Positions 1 through 12,597 are shown, numbered from the stretch's first letter. The stretch: DNA of 64,000 nucleotides from Octopus sinensis (GCF_006345805.1 NC_043009.1:37200001-37264000), one strand, 5' to 3'. Notes: generated from the letters alone by a model not told the origin. A program made the numbers and translations.

Positions 1-201
1 GTTGATAAATTTAAATAATTTTTAAAGTTACTTTTTAAAATGTCCTCTTTCAAAACGAAAGTTTAGCCGCTATTTCATAAGGTTAAACATTTTAAATATT
101 GGACGATATGCTGTATGTTTTCCTAAATACTTTTTAAAATCCTTCAATCCATGTCTAACCCGTCCATTTCTGGCATTATAGAGTTTAGTGCTCTATATAT
201 A

Positions 202-430
202 TTTCTTTACTACCCACAAGGGGCTAAACACAGAGGGGACAAACAAGGACAGACAAAGGGATTAAGTCGATTACATCGACCCCAGTGCGTAACTGGTACT
301 TAATTTATCGACCCCGAAAGGATGAAAGGCAAAGTCGACCTCGGCGGAATTTGAACTCGGAACGTAACGACAGACGAAATACGGCTACGCAGGTCGCCCG
401 GCGTGCTAACGTTTCTGCCAGCTCGCCGCC
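202..430 (-). mobile_element. SINE type C (head GGCGGCGAGCTGGCAGAA), young, in intron 1 of DHDH-A
   Basis: Perfect 18-bp TSD TTTAGTGCTCTATATATA at 184-201 and 431-448; homologous to copies at 24328 and 56182. Confidence 0.9.
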
Positions 431-577
431 TTTAGTGCTCTATATATAGAATAGTTTTCGTCATAGGTTTGCCCCGGTTAAAGTTTGTAGTGGTAAATAA
501 TAAAGAAATTGTGAGAAGTTTATGAAGTTAAAAATGAATAAAATAAAGAGAGAAAAATGTGAAATGTTATTACTTAC

Positions 578-661
578 TTTGTGTTCTGAAGGATTCAGAC
601 ATTGCAAAGCATTGCAGAAATCCGTTGCAATCATACCTGCCGAACAGAGTCCCCAGCGCAT
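578..661 (-). CDS. DHDH: DHDH-like paralog A, coding exon 1 (rest of gene runs off the left edge)
   Basis: ATG then 28 codons MRWGLCSAGMIATDFCNALQCLNPSEHK followed by donor GTAAGT. 25/28 identical to exon 1 of copy B; resembles the N-terminal Rossmann strand of DHDH (MALRWG...). Confidence 0.9.
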
Positions 662-825
662 TTTCCCACCTTTTGAAATGTATTAACAAAATGTCGCAAA
701 TTTCTAATCCTCTTCTTTCGTTTTTCTCTATTTAAATTTATCTCTCCGTAAATGTTACACTTCTTTTGGCTGTTTAGCTACTAGATCTCCTTGAAACCTA
801 GATGTAGCAAAAACTATTACTAGCT

Positions 826-827
<2 letters not shown>

Positions 828-880
<53 letters not shown>

Positions 881-955
881 GGACAGACAGACAGACAGAC
901 AGGCAGAGACAGACACAGACAGACACAGACAGACACAGACAGACACAGAGAGAGA
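828..955 (+). repeat. (GA)n/(GACA)n microsatellite upstream of DHDH-A start
   Basis: Direct reading. Confidence 0.95.
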
Positions 956-1561
956 AAGGGTAGAATTATGAGAGTGGAGAAAGAAGGAACAGAAATGCGA
1001 GGAGGAGGTGTCAAAAGGAGAATTAACATGCTTTAGTGAAACATGTTTGTAAATCCAGGCGAAATAACATAATTAGAGAGAGAGGAGGAGGGGAGATAGG
1101 GGGAGGGGAGAATTACGAGAGTGGGAGTAAAAAGGAAGAGAATCGCAAATGGTGTCGAAAGGAGGAGAATCAACATGCTTTTGTGAAATGTAGATAAAGT
1201 CAGACGAAATAACAATAAACATTCTTAGCCACAGAATTCAAAAAGAAAACATGACCTAAATAGATTTTTTTTTCTAGTTTCAGCTCAGAGCTGCGGCCAT
1301 GCTGATGCACCGCCGTTAGTACAACTTATATTAAAAAAAACTTGTAATTATAAGCTGCTTATAATTTTTATATCACGTATAGTGAAAAATAGCGCAGTTG
1401 GGTTACAGGTTGTCTCACGAACTTGTCACTGGTTCACTACATATCTTAGTTCAGTCATGACAAAAGAGTGTCTGTGACAGAATTTAGAGCAAATACGAAA
1501 AGGGACAATTTAAAAAAAGCAGTGTTCTTTTATTTATCTTGCCTATGTTTACAAGTTTTCA

Positions 1562-2130
1562 TAATCTCTATATATAAAACTGAGAATGTGTGTGTGTGAG
1601 TGCAACACTAAAACTCGATAACTACCCAACTGATTTCATTCAAGTTTTACACATGCATTACTTAAGGTCTATAGAGTGCCATGGGCCCCAAAAATTTCAA
1701 CTTCTTGCCTTATGCGAACCCGGTATTACGTGTCAAATGTGAAACAATAACATCTCTATTGTAATGTGATATAATAGTCTCACTTCCATATGCTTTCAAT
1801 TTCAATAGTTTCGAAATTTTATTTTGGTGTGGTTACTAATTGTAACGGGAGAAATTGATTAGTAAACATTATTATGATAATGTTGGAGTAATGCATGATG
1901 CAACGATAAATATTTGTTGTTATGACAGCATACAGTGGGATGTGGAAGATGGACAATGGATGAAGTTTTAAGGAAACATTCATTTACCGTTATGTTACGA
2001 TACCTTGCCTTGACGGGCAGGTTTTGATACATCCAAAAGCATGCGAAGTAAAGTTTGAGTTTGGGTTCTCTTCATTGTTTAGTAGTAATTACAGAGAGAG
2101 ATAGAATGATGTTGTAAGAGAACAGAATTG
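1562..2130 (+). mobile_element. Helitron-like non-autonomous element remnant
   Basis: Begins TCTCTATATATAAAACTGAGAA(TG)n, a 5' signature I associate with Helitron-derived elements; 3' end uncertain. Confidence 0.4.
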
Positions 2131-3080
2131 GAGCTAGTGAGAGTGTGGGACGTTGTCTTTCTTTTTCCCTCCGGCCGTTTTGTCTGCCTGTCTCTATGAT
2201 TCTAGTGGTCGGTCCACTAACTGATGCTAGCTCTCTCTCAACTCACGAATTTGTCACCAAGGTGACTAAATGATTTTTGCTTGGGGTGTGCTTGCTTATA
2301 TAAAGATCTAGAAGGATAGATAAATCATTGAGAACAATAGATTTAGTTGGTGGTCTTGTTATCTCTATTCTAGCTTTTGGTGAAGTAGAAGAGGTTAGAA
2401 AGGGTCAAGTGGTGAAGACATTATTTCGGCCTAGCTAAAGGATCTGGAAAATGTAAAACTGCCGTCAGAGAAAATCCATTGTTCCATCGTGGGAAAAGTT
2501 CTGTTGCAGTGTTAATTTAAATTTGGGTATGGTGGATCGAATCCACTTCATGCATCCAAGATTCACTACAGACGTATTGTTTGCTTACATTCTATTTGAA
2601 AAATATTTCTCTAAGGGCTTTGTTAGTTGGGAAGAAGTTGGAATATAAAGCCTGAAAGAATAACATTTATGTGAAAGGAAAATAAAGAAATAAAGATAAT
2701 CGTAATATCATAATTTTTTTCAGTTTCAAATTCAACTAAGACTATTATCACTAATACTGGGAACTTCTTATATTTTTTTTTTACATTCTGCCATTGAGTT
2801 TCTCTTTCGTTATCTTGAGATACTTTGAAAAGAATTTCCTCTTTTATATAAGATATTTTGGAGGTTAATGTCTATCTGAGCTGTACAGCTGGAGTATTAT
2901 TTTGGAGAAAAAACATGTGGATTTCAAGTTTGTGTGAAAAAGTGAGCACCAGAAGTAGAGTATATTTATTGTATGATCATTTGTTAGTCACTGATCTCAA
3001 AAACACTTTCAGATAACTAATCAATGTGATAAACAGGGATAGCTAATCTTTAAACCAGGTCCATTTTGTGTGTGCATGCG

Positions 3081-3450
3081 CTACCAACCACATGGTTCCG
3101 GGTTCAGTCCCACTGCGTGGAATGTTGGGCAAGTGTCTTCTACTATAGCCTCGGGACGACCAAAGCCTTGTGAGTGGATTTGGTAGACGGAAACTGAAAG
3201 AAGCCTGTCGTATATATGTATATATATATATGTGTGTGTCTGTGTTTGTCCCCCTAGCATTGCTTGACAACCGATGCTGGTGTGTTTACGTCGCCGTCAC
3301 TTGGCGATTCAGCAAAAGAGACCGATAGAATAAGTACTGGGCTTACAAAGAATAAGTCATGGGGTCGATTTGCTCGACTAAAGGCGGTGCTCCAGCATGG
3401 CCACAGTCAAATAACTGAAACAAGTAAAAGAGTAAAAGGGTAAAAGAGTA
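3081..3450 (+). mobile_element. SINE type B (CORE-like TTGGGCAAGTGTC, internal (TA)/(TG) tract, (GTAAAAGA)n tail), 5' truncated
   Basis: Near-identical to 41839-42232 and 51503-52000. Confidence 0.88.
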
Positions 3451-4165
3451 TACGTAACAGCAAGATGTCTTATTGTTATAAATCGTTCATCTCAAATTTT
3501 GTGACATTTAAAATCCGAAAGTATTTGGAATACCGACATGACACGCTACATAAGGAAAATTCCGCAAAGTGCTGCTGCGAAGGTTTCAAGCACTCTGTTG
3601 TGTGCCTTTATGACTTGTACCGTCACCTCTTCTGCATGACCTTCCCCAGATAAGGTGATCTTGCCGTTGACATCAGTTTGCTATCAACAGCCATCACAGT
3701 AGCACCTTTGCTCGTTACTCATTGTAATTATCACCTGTTTTGTGCTCTGGTGGAAATGTCAAAAAAAAAAATGATCATAGGTAAAAGGAAAATATAGACA
3801 AAGTAAAACAAAGAAAATGCTGGAAAAAGTAGTTGGCAGAGAGGGAGAGAGAGAAAAAGAATCAGACAGACAGACTAAATAGCTGTCAGGTTTGTCAAAT
3901 ATGTTTATAAATCGGACGAAATAATACATTGTTCTCGCTCACTGAGTGCTAAACGTGACAAAACGATTAAAAAAAGAAATAAAAAATAAAAAGTAGCATA
4001 ATCGAAATGAAACTGTTTCACTCACACACAACTTGTTACCAGTTCAAATATTTGAACCCGTCACGAAGAAAATTTCTCGTTGCAGACAAATAGATGTAAA
4101 TACGCCGATTCAGGAGCTCAGATACAACAGTTTGGATAAGGCGGTTATGAGCTGATTCTGTATCT

Positions 4166-4539
4166 GGATGGAAGCACTCCGTCGGTTACGACGACGAGGG
4201 TTCCGGTTAATCCGAATCAACGGAACAGCCTGCTCGTGAAATTAACGTGTAAGTGGCTGAGCACTCCACAGACACGTGTACACTTAACGTAGTTCTCGGG
4301 GATATTCAGCGTGACACAGAGGCCGGCCCTTTGAAATACAGGTACAACAGAAACAGGAAGTAAGAGTGAGAGAAAGTTGTGGTGAAAGAGTACAGCAGGG
4401 ATCACCACCATCCCCTGCCGGAGATCGTGGAGCTTTAGGTGTTTTCATCATAAACACTCACAACGCCCGGTCTGGGAATCGAAACCGCGATCCTATGACT
4501 GCGAGTCCGCTGCCCTAACCACTGGGCCATTGCGCCTCC
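4166..4539 (-). mobile_element. SINE type A (tRNA head TGGAGGCGCAATGGCCCAGTGGTTAG)
   Basis: A/B-box-like head; 12-bp TSD GATTCTGTATCT at 4154-4165 and 4540-4551. Confidence 0.92.
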
Positions 4540-4664
4540 GATTCTGTATCTACACCAACTTGTCTATAGCTACGAATTTTTCTCAATAACAAAATACAGT
4601 GAATGGCTTTATTTCGAGTTCGAATATGCCTAGAGCGTAGTTGAACTAGAAATAAGTTGATATT

Positions 4665-5836
4665 TATATGGTTGCAAGAATAAAATTCGTTCGCTTTTCC
4701 AATGTTATTTGGATAAACACGAAAAATATTTTTATTGAAGTTGTTTTATGTTACCTCCATTCTTCCACAACAGCTTTAAGTTAATCGTTTTTGAAATTTG
4801 AATAAATTTTACCTCTTTTCAGATGTGTAATGATGGAGTGCCAATTACAAACCTAAGTTTCAAACCTACCAAAACCGTTCGAGACATCTGTGCTGTGTAT
4901 CGAGAACGTACTATTACTGAGAGAATTGCACAGAAATCGTTTATACGCATCATGGAAGAGGAATTCGATCTCAATATTTCCCCGTTGTGGCCAAATTTTC
5001 AGTTCAAGAAACATCAATTGAATGAGCTCATCCACGATGACCTGCGCCAGTCCGCTAGAAAATTGGCCAAACAGATCTTTGCTCATTACATTCATTCGAT
5101 GACTAAAGTCCAAAACTCGATGCATGTGTGCCACTTACTCTAAACGAAATAGAAACTCCTGCGTGGACACAAACGCTTGTGTAAGTATGCCTCGCACCAT
5201 CTCCAGTGATAAAAAATTATTACGTCAATATGAACTATAAGAAAGAATAGTTGAGTCCCCAAAAGCGAGCAACATCTTAAGCCAAGCCAGAGCAACATCC
5301 ACAAAGACAATGATTTACTTTTGGTGGGATTAGGAATGGCTAATCCACTATGAAATGCTTGAAAACAATCACACAGTCAGTGCAGTGTTTTACGTTCTAC
5401 AAATGCACCAGCTCAACAAAATAGTCCAGCTGAAACGACCAGACCAGTGATACGACTGTGCTTTTTCAACACAAATCACACACCCACCCATGCCGCTCAT
5501 ATGGTCAGAAATGTTATTCAGGAGTTCGGTTGGGAAGTTCTACCGTACCCACTATATTCTCTTGATACAGCGCCTTATTACTTCTGTTCGGTCACTCTCC
5601 AACAGATTGCGAGGCGCTTCCTTCAACAAGAATTTGAAGCTGAAAAGGTTGCTCGATAAATTCTTAAACTGAAGACCTAGTGTTTCCTGACGTCAAGGCA
5701 TTCGTCAGTTAGTAGAACGTTGGTAAGAAGTCGACAACGATGAAGGGGAATATATTCTTGATCGAGGTGTTAAACTTGAAGATGAATTGCAAGAAATAAA
5801 ATTAAAAGACGAACGAATTTATCTGACAACTCTATA
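4665..5836 (+). mobile_element. Decayed mariner (DD34D-type) transposon
   Basis: Imperfect TIRs (TATATGGTTGCAAGAATAAAATTCGTTCG / CGAACGAATTTATCTGACAACTCTATA); fragments ICAVYRERTITERIAQK, NELIHDD.RQS, GWEVLPYPLYSLDTAP; multiple frameshifts. Confidence 0.85.
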
Positions 5837-6124
5837 AGAGAGAGGGGGAGAGAGAGAGAGAGAGAGAAAATGGTAAAAACATCGCCAGGAAGAGTGTCAA
5901 AAAAAAATCCACGATTCCTTTGCGCGTACAAAACAATTATAAGGAAACAAAATCCCTGGCGTAAATGTATTGGATTTCAAATTACAACTGTTCATGAAAT
6001 ATAATTTTTCTTTGTGAATTGCTTTTTAAAAATTTACCCCTATGAAAAAGGTTTAGCTATTATTTCATGAAGTATATTTTAAGTACAAGACGTCTTTCTC
6101 TCTGAATACCCATGTTATTAAAAG

Positions 6125-6268
6125 CCTTGGGTTGGCAACTAAGTTCCCGCCGTTTTTTTAAATTTAAATTTTTTAAAAGGTTTAATAAAAAATAACAACT
6201 AATTAATCAATAATGTATTCACCCTTGTTGTTTACAACTTCTTCCCAACGTTCAACAAGATTTTCAAT
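6125..6268 (-). mobile_element. 3' end of a second mariner element
   Basis: TIR GGGTTGGCAACTAAG; minus strand reads IENLVERWEEVVNNKGEYIID*; cut by the pogo insertion. Confidence 0.75.
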
Positions 6269-6269
6269 A

Positions 6270-8480
6270 GGGGAGACCGGGGTTAGTTGACTACATTTTT
6301 TACATTTTCACTGACAGAGCAATACTGTTTAATGTATTACACGCATAAATCAACCACAGCAGAAGACTTACGAAGCTAGAGATCTCATCTGCTTATTGTC
6401 TGGATTTATATTTTGTGCATTTTCTAAGACCACTTAAATGTGTCAACTTGCCCTGATACCGGGGCAAGTTGACACATTTAATAGGGTATGTTGACACATG
6501 AATGCATTTTCTTGGAACATACATGTTAGTGGACAGAAACACATGATATAAGCTTGTTGGTTTGATTAAGGGCCTTTATTACGGTTTCATTACATATCAT
6601 CATCAGAGTCACAATTTGGGCATGTGTATATTGTCAGACCTGGTGTGCATGCCTCGTGAGCCCAACCTTTACAATCAGAGCATTTAAGCCACACTTCCCT
6701 TCCTTTGCTGTTGGAAAAAGGCTCGCAGCACACTAAGCAATAGCACTCTTCCTCATCAGAGGTATCACTTTCTTGAATTTGAACTTTTTTCTTAACAATT
6801 GGACCTTTTCTTTTCGTTGACCTGCCCTTACTGAGTCCCTTTCCTATCGTTCCTTTATCAATGTTTGTCTTCTTTTTACTTTTACTATGATTGCTATTTT
6901 AACCGGCGAGTCAGTGAGGATTTTAGAACAACGTTTCTTTCTTCCTCTGGTTGATTCTTTCCTAGGGCCTGCTTTGGGTAGTGGACGGGTTTGAAATGGT
7001 GAAAGAAAAGACCAGACGGATATGTTGCTTGAAGGCCCAGGTGTTGCAGGTGCTGAAGGCCCAGGTGCTGAAAGTGCAGGATCCGGTCGGTCAGTGACAT
7101 AGCTTGGTGCAAAGTTGCTGTCTGTGAAAATGTTGCGATTAACAGGGCATATTCCTGTAGAAGAAAAGCCACTAAGGATGTTCGTCGAAGTTGCAGTCAA
7201 TGGCCATGCAGTTTTGACAATACACAGAATGTCACAAATGGTCATGGTCTGGCCAGGATGGTTGATATGCCAGTCATCAATGGCAGTGTTTGTGTACTTC
7301 TTCAGTGGTCCATAGACCGCTTTGTCTAAAGGCTGTAACCTGTGTGTGCAGTGAGGTGGGAAAGAAAGCATGGTGATGCCATTGTCTGAGGCATAAGTCA
7401 GCCCCTCAATACTAAGGTGGGAATCGTGATTGTCCAGTAAGAGAAGGCACGGTGACTGCTTTGAACATTTCACATTCCTCACAAGGTGTTGAAGGAATTT
7501 CACAAACTGCTCCTCACACATCCAAACAGAAGGATTAGCACCTCCATCGCTGCCTGATGGTCCATTGTTCAGGAAATGTGGCCTAAAGTTCATCCGGGGA
7601 AAAACAAAAAAACGGTGGTATGCTGTTTCCAGCGGCATTTACACAGCATGCCAATGTGACCCTTTCCGCTCTTGGCATTTTTCCCACTTGCTTTGTTCCT
7701 TTCCTGGAAATAATTCTATTGGGGCGCTGCACAGTTGTTATGCCAGTTTCATCCATGTTGTAGATACTGAATGGATCAAATTTATACCGAAGCATCACCT
7801 CAGCAAGTTGGTTGAAAAACATAGCAACATTTGTCTTGTTGAAACTTGTTGCTCGGGCCAACCTTGTTGCCTGTGGACTTCTTATGGATAAATTTGTGTG
7901 TCGTTGAAGATATCCAGAGAACCAGTCTTCACTTGCCATTTCTGTCTCATGCCAGGTTGGAGGAATATCACATCCATGTGCCTTTGACAACTGAAAAGCC
8001 AATTTCCGCACATCCTTTGGAGCAAGCCCATAGTAAATTTCTGCGGCAGCCAAAACATAAGCCTCTGACTGATTTTCGAACTCGTCGGTGAGAACTTGCC
8101 GTGGCTTTTTGTATCCACTAAGACTGTGATCGTTGTTGTTTGCTTCAGCGGCCTTGGTGCAGTAGCGAGGCAGAGATTTTAAAGGGATGTCAAATGTCCT
8201 CGAAGCTTCCCGCAAGGAGATGACACGAGCTCGGACCTGTTGAATAGCTTGTTGGATTACATCTTGTGGAAGGGTTGCCCTCTCGCTTTTGCGTTTGTAG
8301 TGTCGCACCATGACAATTGTAGATCTAGGTCTGTAAAGAGAGAGAGAGAGGGAGAAAAAGAAAAGCATTTTAGCTCATTGCATAATCCAACAGTGAAAGC
8401 AAAACAAAGCTCTGAGTGTTTACCTACTTTTTAGTTTCAAGCATGCCTGGTCACGGCATAATTTCATGCTTATACATCAG
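6270..8480 (-). mobile_element. pogo-superfamily DD35D transposon with C-terminal PHD finger, frameshifted (CDS remnant 6590-8311); 5' TIR missing
   Basis: HTH/CENP-B-like N-terminus (MVRHYKRK...), NMDETG, LLLDNHDSH...QPLD (35 aa spacing), C-terminal CLVCCEPF...WLKCSDCKGWAHEAC...YTCPNC; terminus TA|GGGGAGACCGGGG; at least 2 frameshifts. Confidence 0.9.
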
Positions 8481-8594
8481 TGGTACAGCTTACAAAGCTG
8501 AGGCAGTATACAAGCTGTTGACTAAGTAGGTAGCGGTATGAAGATAGAATAGGTTAGTATAGATAAAGATAGTTGATCTAAAACTATAGTCTTA

Positions 8595-8976
8595 GAAGCA
8601 CTCCGTCGGTTACGACGACGAGGGTTCCGGTTGATCCGAATCAACGGAACAGCCTGCTCGTGAAATTAACGTGTAATTGGCTGAGCACTCCACAGACACG
8701 TGTACCCTTAACGTAGTTCTCGGGGATGTTCAGCGTGACACAGAGAGTGACAAGGCCGGCCCTTTGAAATACAGGTACAACAGAAACAGGAAGTAAGAGT
8801 GAGAGAAAGTTGTGGTGAAAGAGTACAGCAGGGATCACCACCATCCCCTGCCGGAGCCTTGTGGAGCTTTAGGTGTTTTCGCTCAATAAACACTTACAAC
8901 GCTCGGTCTGGGAATCGAAACCGCGATCCTATGACCGCGAGTCCGCCGCCCTAACCACTGGGCCATTGCGCCTCCA
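8595..8976 (-). mobile_element. SINE type A
   Basis: Near-identical to 4166 copy; TSD CTAAAAcTATAG / CTAAAAaTATAG; about 260 bp upstream of DHDH-B ATG. Confidence 0.92.
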
Positions 8977-9233
8977 CTAAAAATATAGAAAGCAATACAT
9001 AAATTACTTAATGAATTGATCCAATGTACCAGACATGAATCAAATTGTTCTTAATCTCCATATCTTAAAGTATGTAATTCTTAAAAAAAAAAATCGAAAG
9101 ACCTTAAAAACGAAAGACAAAAATTGCAAACTTAAAAGTTTGCTAAACATGTTATCTCCCTTGTACAAAGTTTCTAGGGCGTCGTGTCTCGGTAACTGTC
9201 GACACTTTATTAGTGTATTTCAAAGGCGAAACA

Positions 9234-9317
9234 ATGCGCTGGGGACTATGTTCAGCAGGTTTAATTGCAAACGATTTCTGCAATGCTTTGCACTGTTTAA
9301 ATCCTTCAGAACATAAA
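9234..9317 (+). CDS. DHDH: DHDH-like paralog B exon 1
   Basis: MRWGLCSAGLIANDFCNALHCLNPSEHK then GTAAGT donor (phase 0). Not in the ORF track because it is short. Confidence 0.93.
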
Positions 9318-10134
9318 GTAAGTAATGATTTTTTTCCTTTCATATTTACCTATTAATTTTTAATTTTATAAACTGACGCAGTGACATTTTTAATTTCATT
9401 TCTTCTGTATTCGCACTTAAGAGCTTCAACCACTCTTCTTGCATGTGGGTCAGCTCAGACTGCTGATGAAAGCCATTCCATAGAGAGCATTAAACTGTAA
9501 CTATGGCAGAAAAAAAAAGATGGAATGGTCACAACTGGAAAGCTTCTAAAAACACGGATATTTAAAGGGGAAAAAAGCCATATCATTTGAGTGTAAAACA
9601 TTCAGCTTTATGAAATAGCAGCTAAACTCACGTTTGAAAGAGAAAAATTTTAAGTAGTAATTTATCAACAAAACTTATTTCAGTTCCTCAGCAATCCTAA
9701 CTCGAAACAGTACTTCTACGCTCGGGACTTAATTTCTTTATAATTGTTTTAATAATCCATAGCTTTGTATGCAAAAAGGAATCGACCAACTTATTTTACC
9801 CTTTTGAAAATTCTTGTTCCGTGGCAATTTTTTTTTTTTATATCTTCCTGGCAATGTCTTCTAATGTGAAAAAAAAAAATGTTAACCGATGCAAAGAAAA
9901 TTACTAAATTTATCGTGGGAGAGATTAAAAAAAAAACACAAATACATATGCATACGTATATGTTTCATATTTAGGTTATGTTTATTTGGATTACTACTAA
10001 AGGGTCGCTTCGTAACATTTGGCTGTCAATAGAGGAGAATGTTAACTGCTATTTCGTCAGTTATCTGAATGTGCTCGACATAGACCTAGTGACTGCTTTA
10101 TCTGCTCCTTACTGCCCCCCTCTCTACCGCCTCT

Positions 10135-10169
<35 letters not shown>

Positions 10170-10285
10170 TAGCAACGTTTCCTGTTACTATCACCATCAG
10201 ACAATTAGGTTTCAAATTTATCTCACTTCTGAAAGGTCACACGTAGAGAAGCAGTCATGTAATCGAAAAGCATATCACAATCCTT

Positions 10286-10495
10286 TCTAATTTAGGCACA
10301 AGGCATGTAATATTGGGGGCGGGGAGGAGAGTTAGTCGATTACATCGATTCTAGTACACAAATGGTACTTATTTTATTGACCACAAAAGGATGAAAGGCA
10401 AAGTCTACCTCGGTGGAATTTTAACTCAGAACATGAAGACAGACGAAATGCCGCTAAGCATTTTGCCGTGGTAACGATTCTGCCAGCTCACCACC
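10286..10495 (-). mobile_element. SINE type C, older copy
   Basis: GGATGAAAGGCAAAGT..CTCGG and CTGCCAGCTC motifs. Confidence 0.8.
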
Positions 10496-10690
10496 CTAGA
10501 AAAGCATATCATAATTATCAGAACACGAAACTGCTCAACTAGTCGGGCGTTGTAGCTTGGAGCATTGTACTACAGGAGTAGAATAATGAATGAAAATGGA
10601 AATGAGGAAAGCTTCTAGGAAGAAAATATGTGCTTGCGTAGGGATGGCGGTGAGGACTGAGAAGGGAGTGGTGGACTGTTTATGTTTAAC

Positions 10691-11347
10691 TGCATGAAAC
10701 CCGGCAAATTTAACGGATCTTTACCCTTTGACCTACAGATTTAAAAAAATAATTTTTGTAACTAAACACTTTCAAACTTCGGACACTGGTAGAATCTTTT
10801 ACTCGTAGCATTTTTGAGAAAAACTTATATTTACGAAGTTGTTTCACGTTAAAGTTATAGTATTTCGGTAATTTCAACCAATCAATGACGTGTATTCAGC
10901 TGAATAAAATTACTGCCGTTTTTTGTCAACAACTATCGGCGGTGAATTTTTCGTTTGTCACTGTTATTTATGACATCGTTCGTGCGTTTGTACTGGTTTT
11001 AGCTTTAAGGTGTTAGGGTATTAGGGTTAGGGTTGGGGTTAGGATTTTAGGGTTAGGGTTGTCATAAATAACAGTGACAAACGAAAAATACACCGCCGGA
11101 AGTTCTTATTGACAAACAACAGCAGTAATTTTATTCAACTGAATACACGTCATTGATTGGTTGAAATTACCGAAATACTACAACTTTAACTTGAAATAAC
11201 TTCGTAAATACAAGTTTTTCTCAAAAATGCTAAGAGTAAAAGATTCTACCAGTGTCCGAAGTTTGAAAGTATTTAGTTACAAAAATTATTTTTTTAAATC
11301 TGTGGGTCAAAAGGTAAAGATCCGTTAAATTTGCCGGGTTTCATGCA
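10691..11347. mobile_element. Foldback / MITE-like element: ~285-bp inverted arms around a telomere-like (TTAGGG) spacer
   Basis: Arms 10691-10975 and 11060-11347, about 94% complementary by eye; possible 4-bp TSD TGCA; 84-nt spacer with ~6 TTAGGG-like units. Confidence 0.88.
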
Positions 11348-11487
11348 TTTTTGTCCCAAAATTTAAAGCAATTATTATTAACAGTAGATTCATAAATCTT
11401 TATTTATTTGTATACACTATTAACTACCATCCATTCCAATTATATCTACAATTATATAAACTTTACTTTATTTTGCTTTCCGTTTAG

Positions 11488-11599
11488 ATAACTGCAGTGG
11501 TATCCAAGTCTTTAGAGAAGGCTAAAAAATTAGCTGACGAATTTAAAATACCAAATGTGTATACCAGCTATGAAGAATTTGCCAAAGATCCCAACATAG
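11488..11599 (+). CDS. DHDH: DHDH-like paralog B exon 2
   Basis: tttag|ITAVVSKSLEKAKKLADEFKIPNVYTSYEEFAKDPNI+G|gtatga; 112 nt; matches DHDH ...IPKAYGSYEELAKDP. Confidence 0.93.
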
Positions 11600-11647
11600 G
11601 TATGAAATGTATTTAGCCTAAATCATATTGTAAATTTTGTATATTAT

Positions 11648-12075
11648 TTTACTCTTTTACTCATTTTTACTCTTTTACTTGTTTCAGTCATTTGACTGCG
11701 GCCATGCTGGAGCACCGCCTTTTAGTCGAGAAAATCGACCCCGGGACTTATTCTTTGTAAGCCCAGTACTTATTCTATCGGTCTCTTTTTGCCGAACCGC
11801 TAAGTGACGGGGACGTAAACACACCAGCATCGGTTGTCAAGCAATGCTAGGGAGACAAACACACAAACACATACACACATACACACATACATATATATAT
11901 ATACATATATACGACAGGCTTCTTTCAGTTTCTGTCTACCAAATCCACTCACAAGGCATTGGTCGGCCCGGGACTATAGCATAGGACACTAGCCCAAGGT
12001 GCCACGCAGTGGGACTGAACCCGGAACCATGTGGTTGGTTAGCAAGCTACTTACCACACAGCCACTCCTGCGCCT
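11648..12075 (-). mobile_element. SINE type B, full length, in DHDH-B intron 2
   Basis: Head GGCGCAGGAGTGGCTGTGTGGTAAG on minus strand; TTGTAAATT repeated on both flanks. Confidence 0.9.
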
Positions 12076-12597
12076 ATTTTGTAAATTCCTTTAGATGTTT
12101 TAATACACTGCATTTGATTTGTCGTATACAAATTCAATTTTAACAACTGTTACTGTAATGTCTGGTACTGGACGACAAATAATAGACGAAGAAATGTATA
12201 GAATGGAATAGTAAGTTCAACTCTGAAAATGTGCCTTATGGACGAAATAGCACTGGATCAAGACGATTCCGGATACGCTGTGACGTATATATGCACAAGT
12301 CTCACCATAACAGGAAAATAGATATGAAAATTATGAATATGATGATAATTAACATTATCATCAATAATGATAATTCCAATAATAATAGAATAGGCATAAA
12401 TATTACATTGTGTTTCCTTAAAGTTGAAGGAATTAATAGCCAATTTACAAACACTTGTTAAGATTTCCTCTTTTACCAAATATTCTATATCAAAATATAT
12501 TGCTGTTAAGTATTTTATTATATGTGTAAACAACACTTTCAGTATGTAAATAAATAACTTTGACAAAAAAAAAGTAATTCTATTTTGTCTTTCTTAG

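Noticed and set aside
755-830. Possible extra upstream coding exon of DHDH-A (IVFATSRFQGDLVAKQ)
   Set aside because: No counterpart upstream of DHDH-B, and the MRWG start already matches the family N-terminus.
6894-8434. Several 60-108 aa ORFs overlapping the pogo transposase
   Set aside because: Alternative-frame or antisense shadows of the transposase with no independent motifs.
9462-9535. CTGATGA...GAAA near DHDH-B intron 1 start, and CTGACGA...GAAA at 17519
   Set aside because: No stem III/NUH geometry and no stem I. The 9462 region also aligns loosely with DHDH-A intron 1, so it is ordinary intron.
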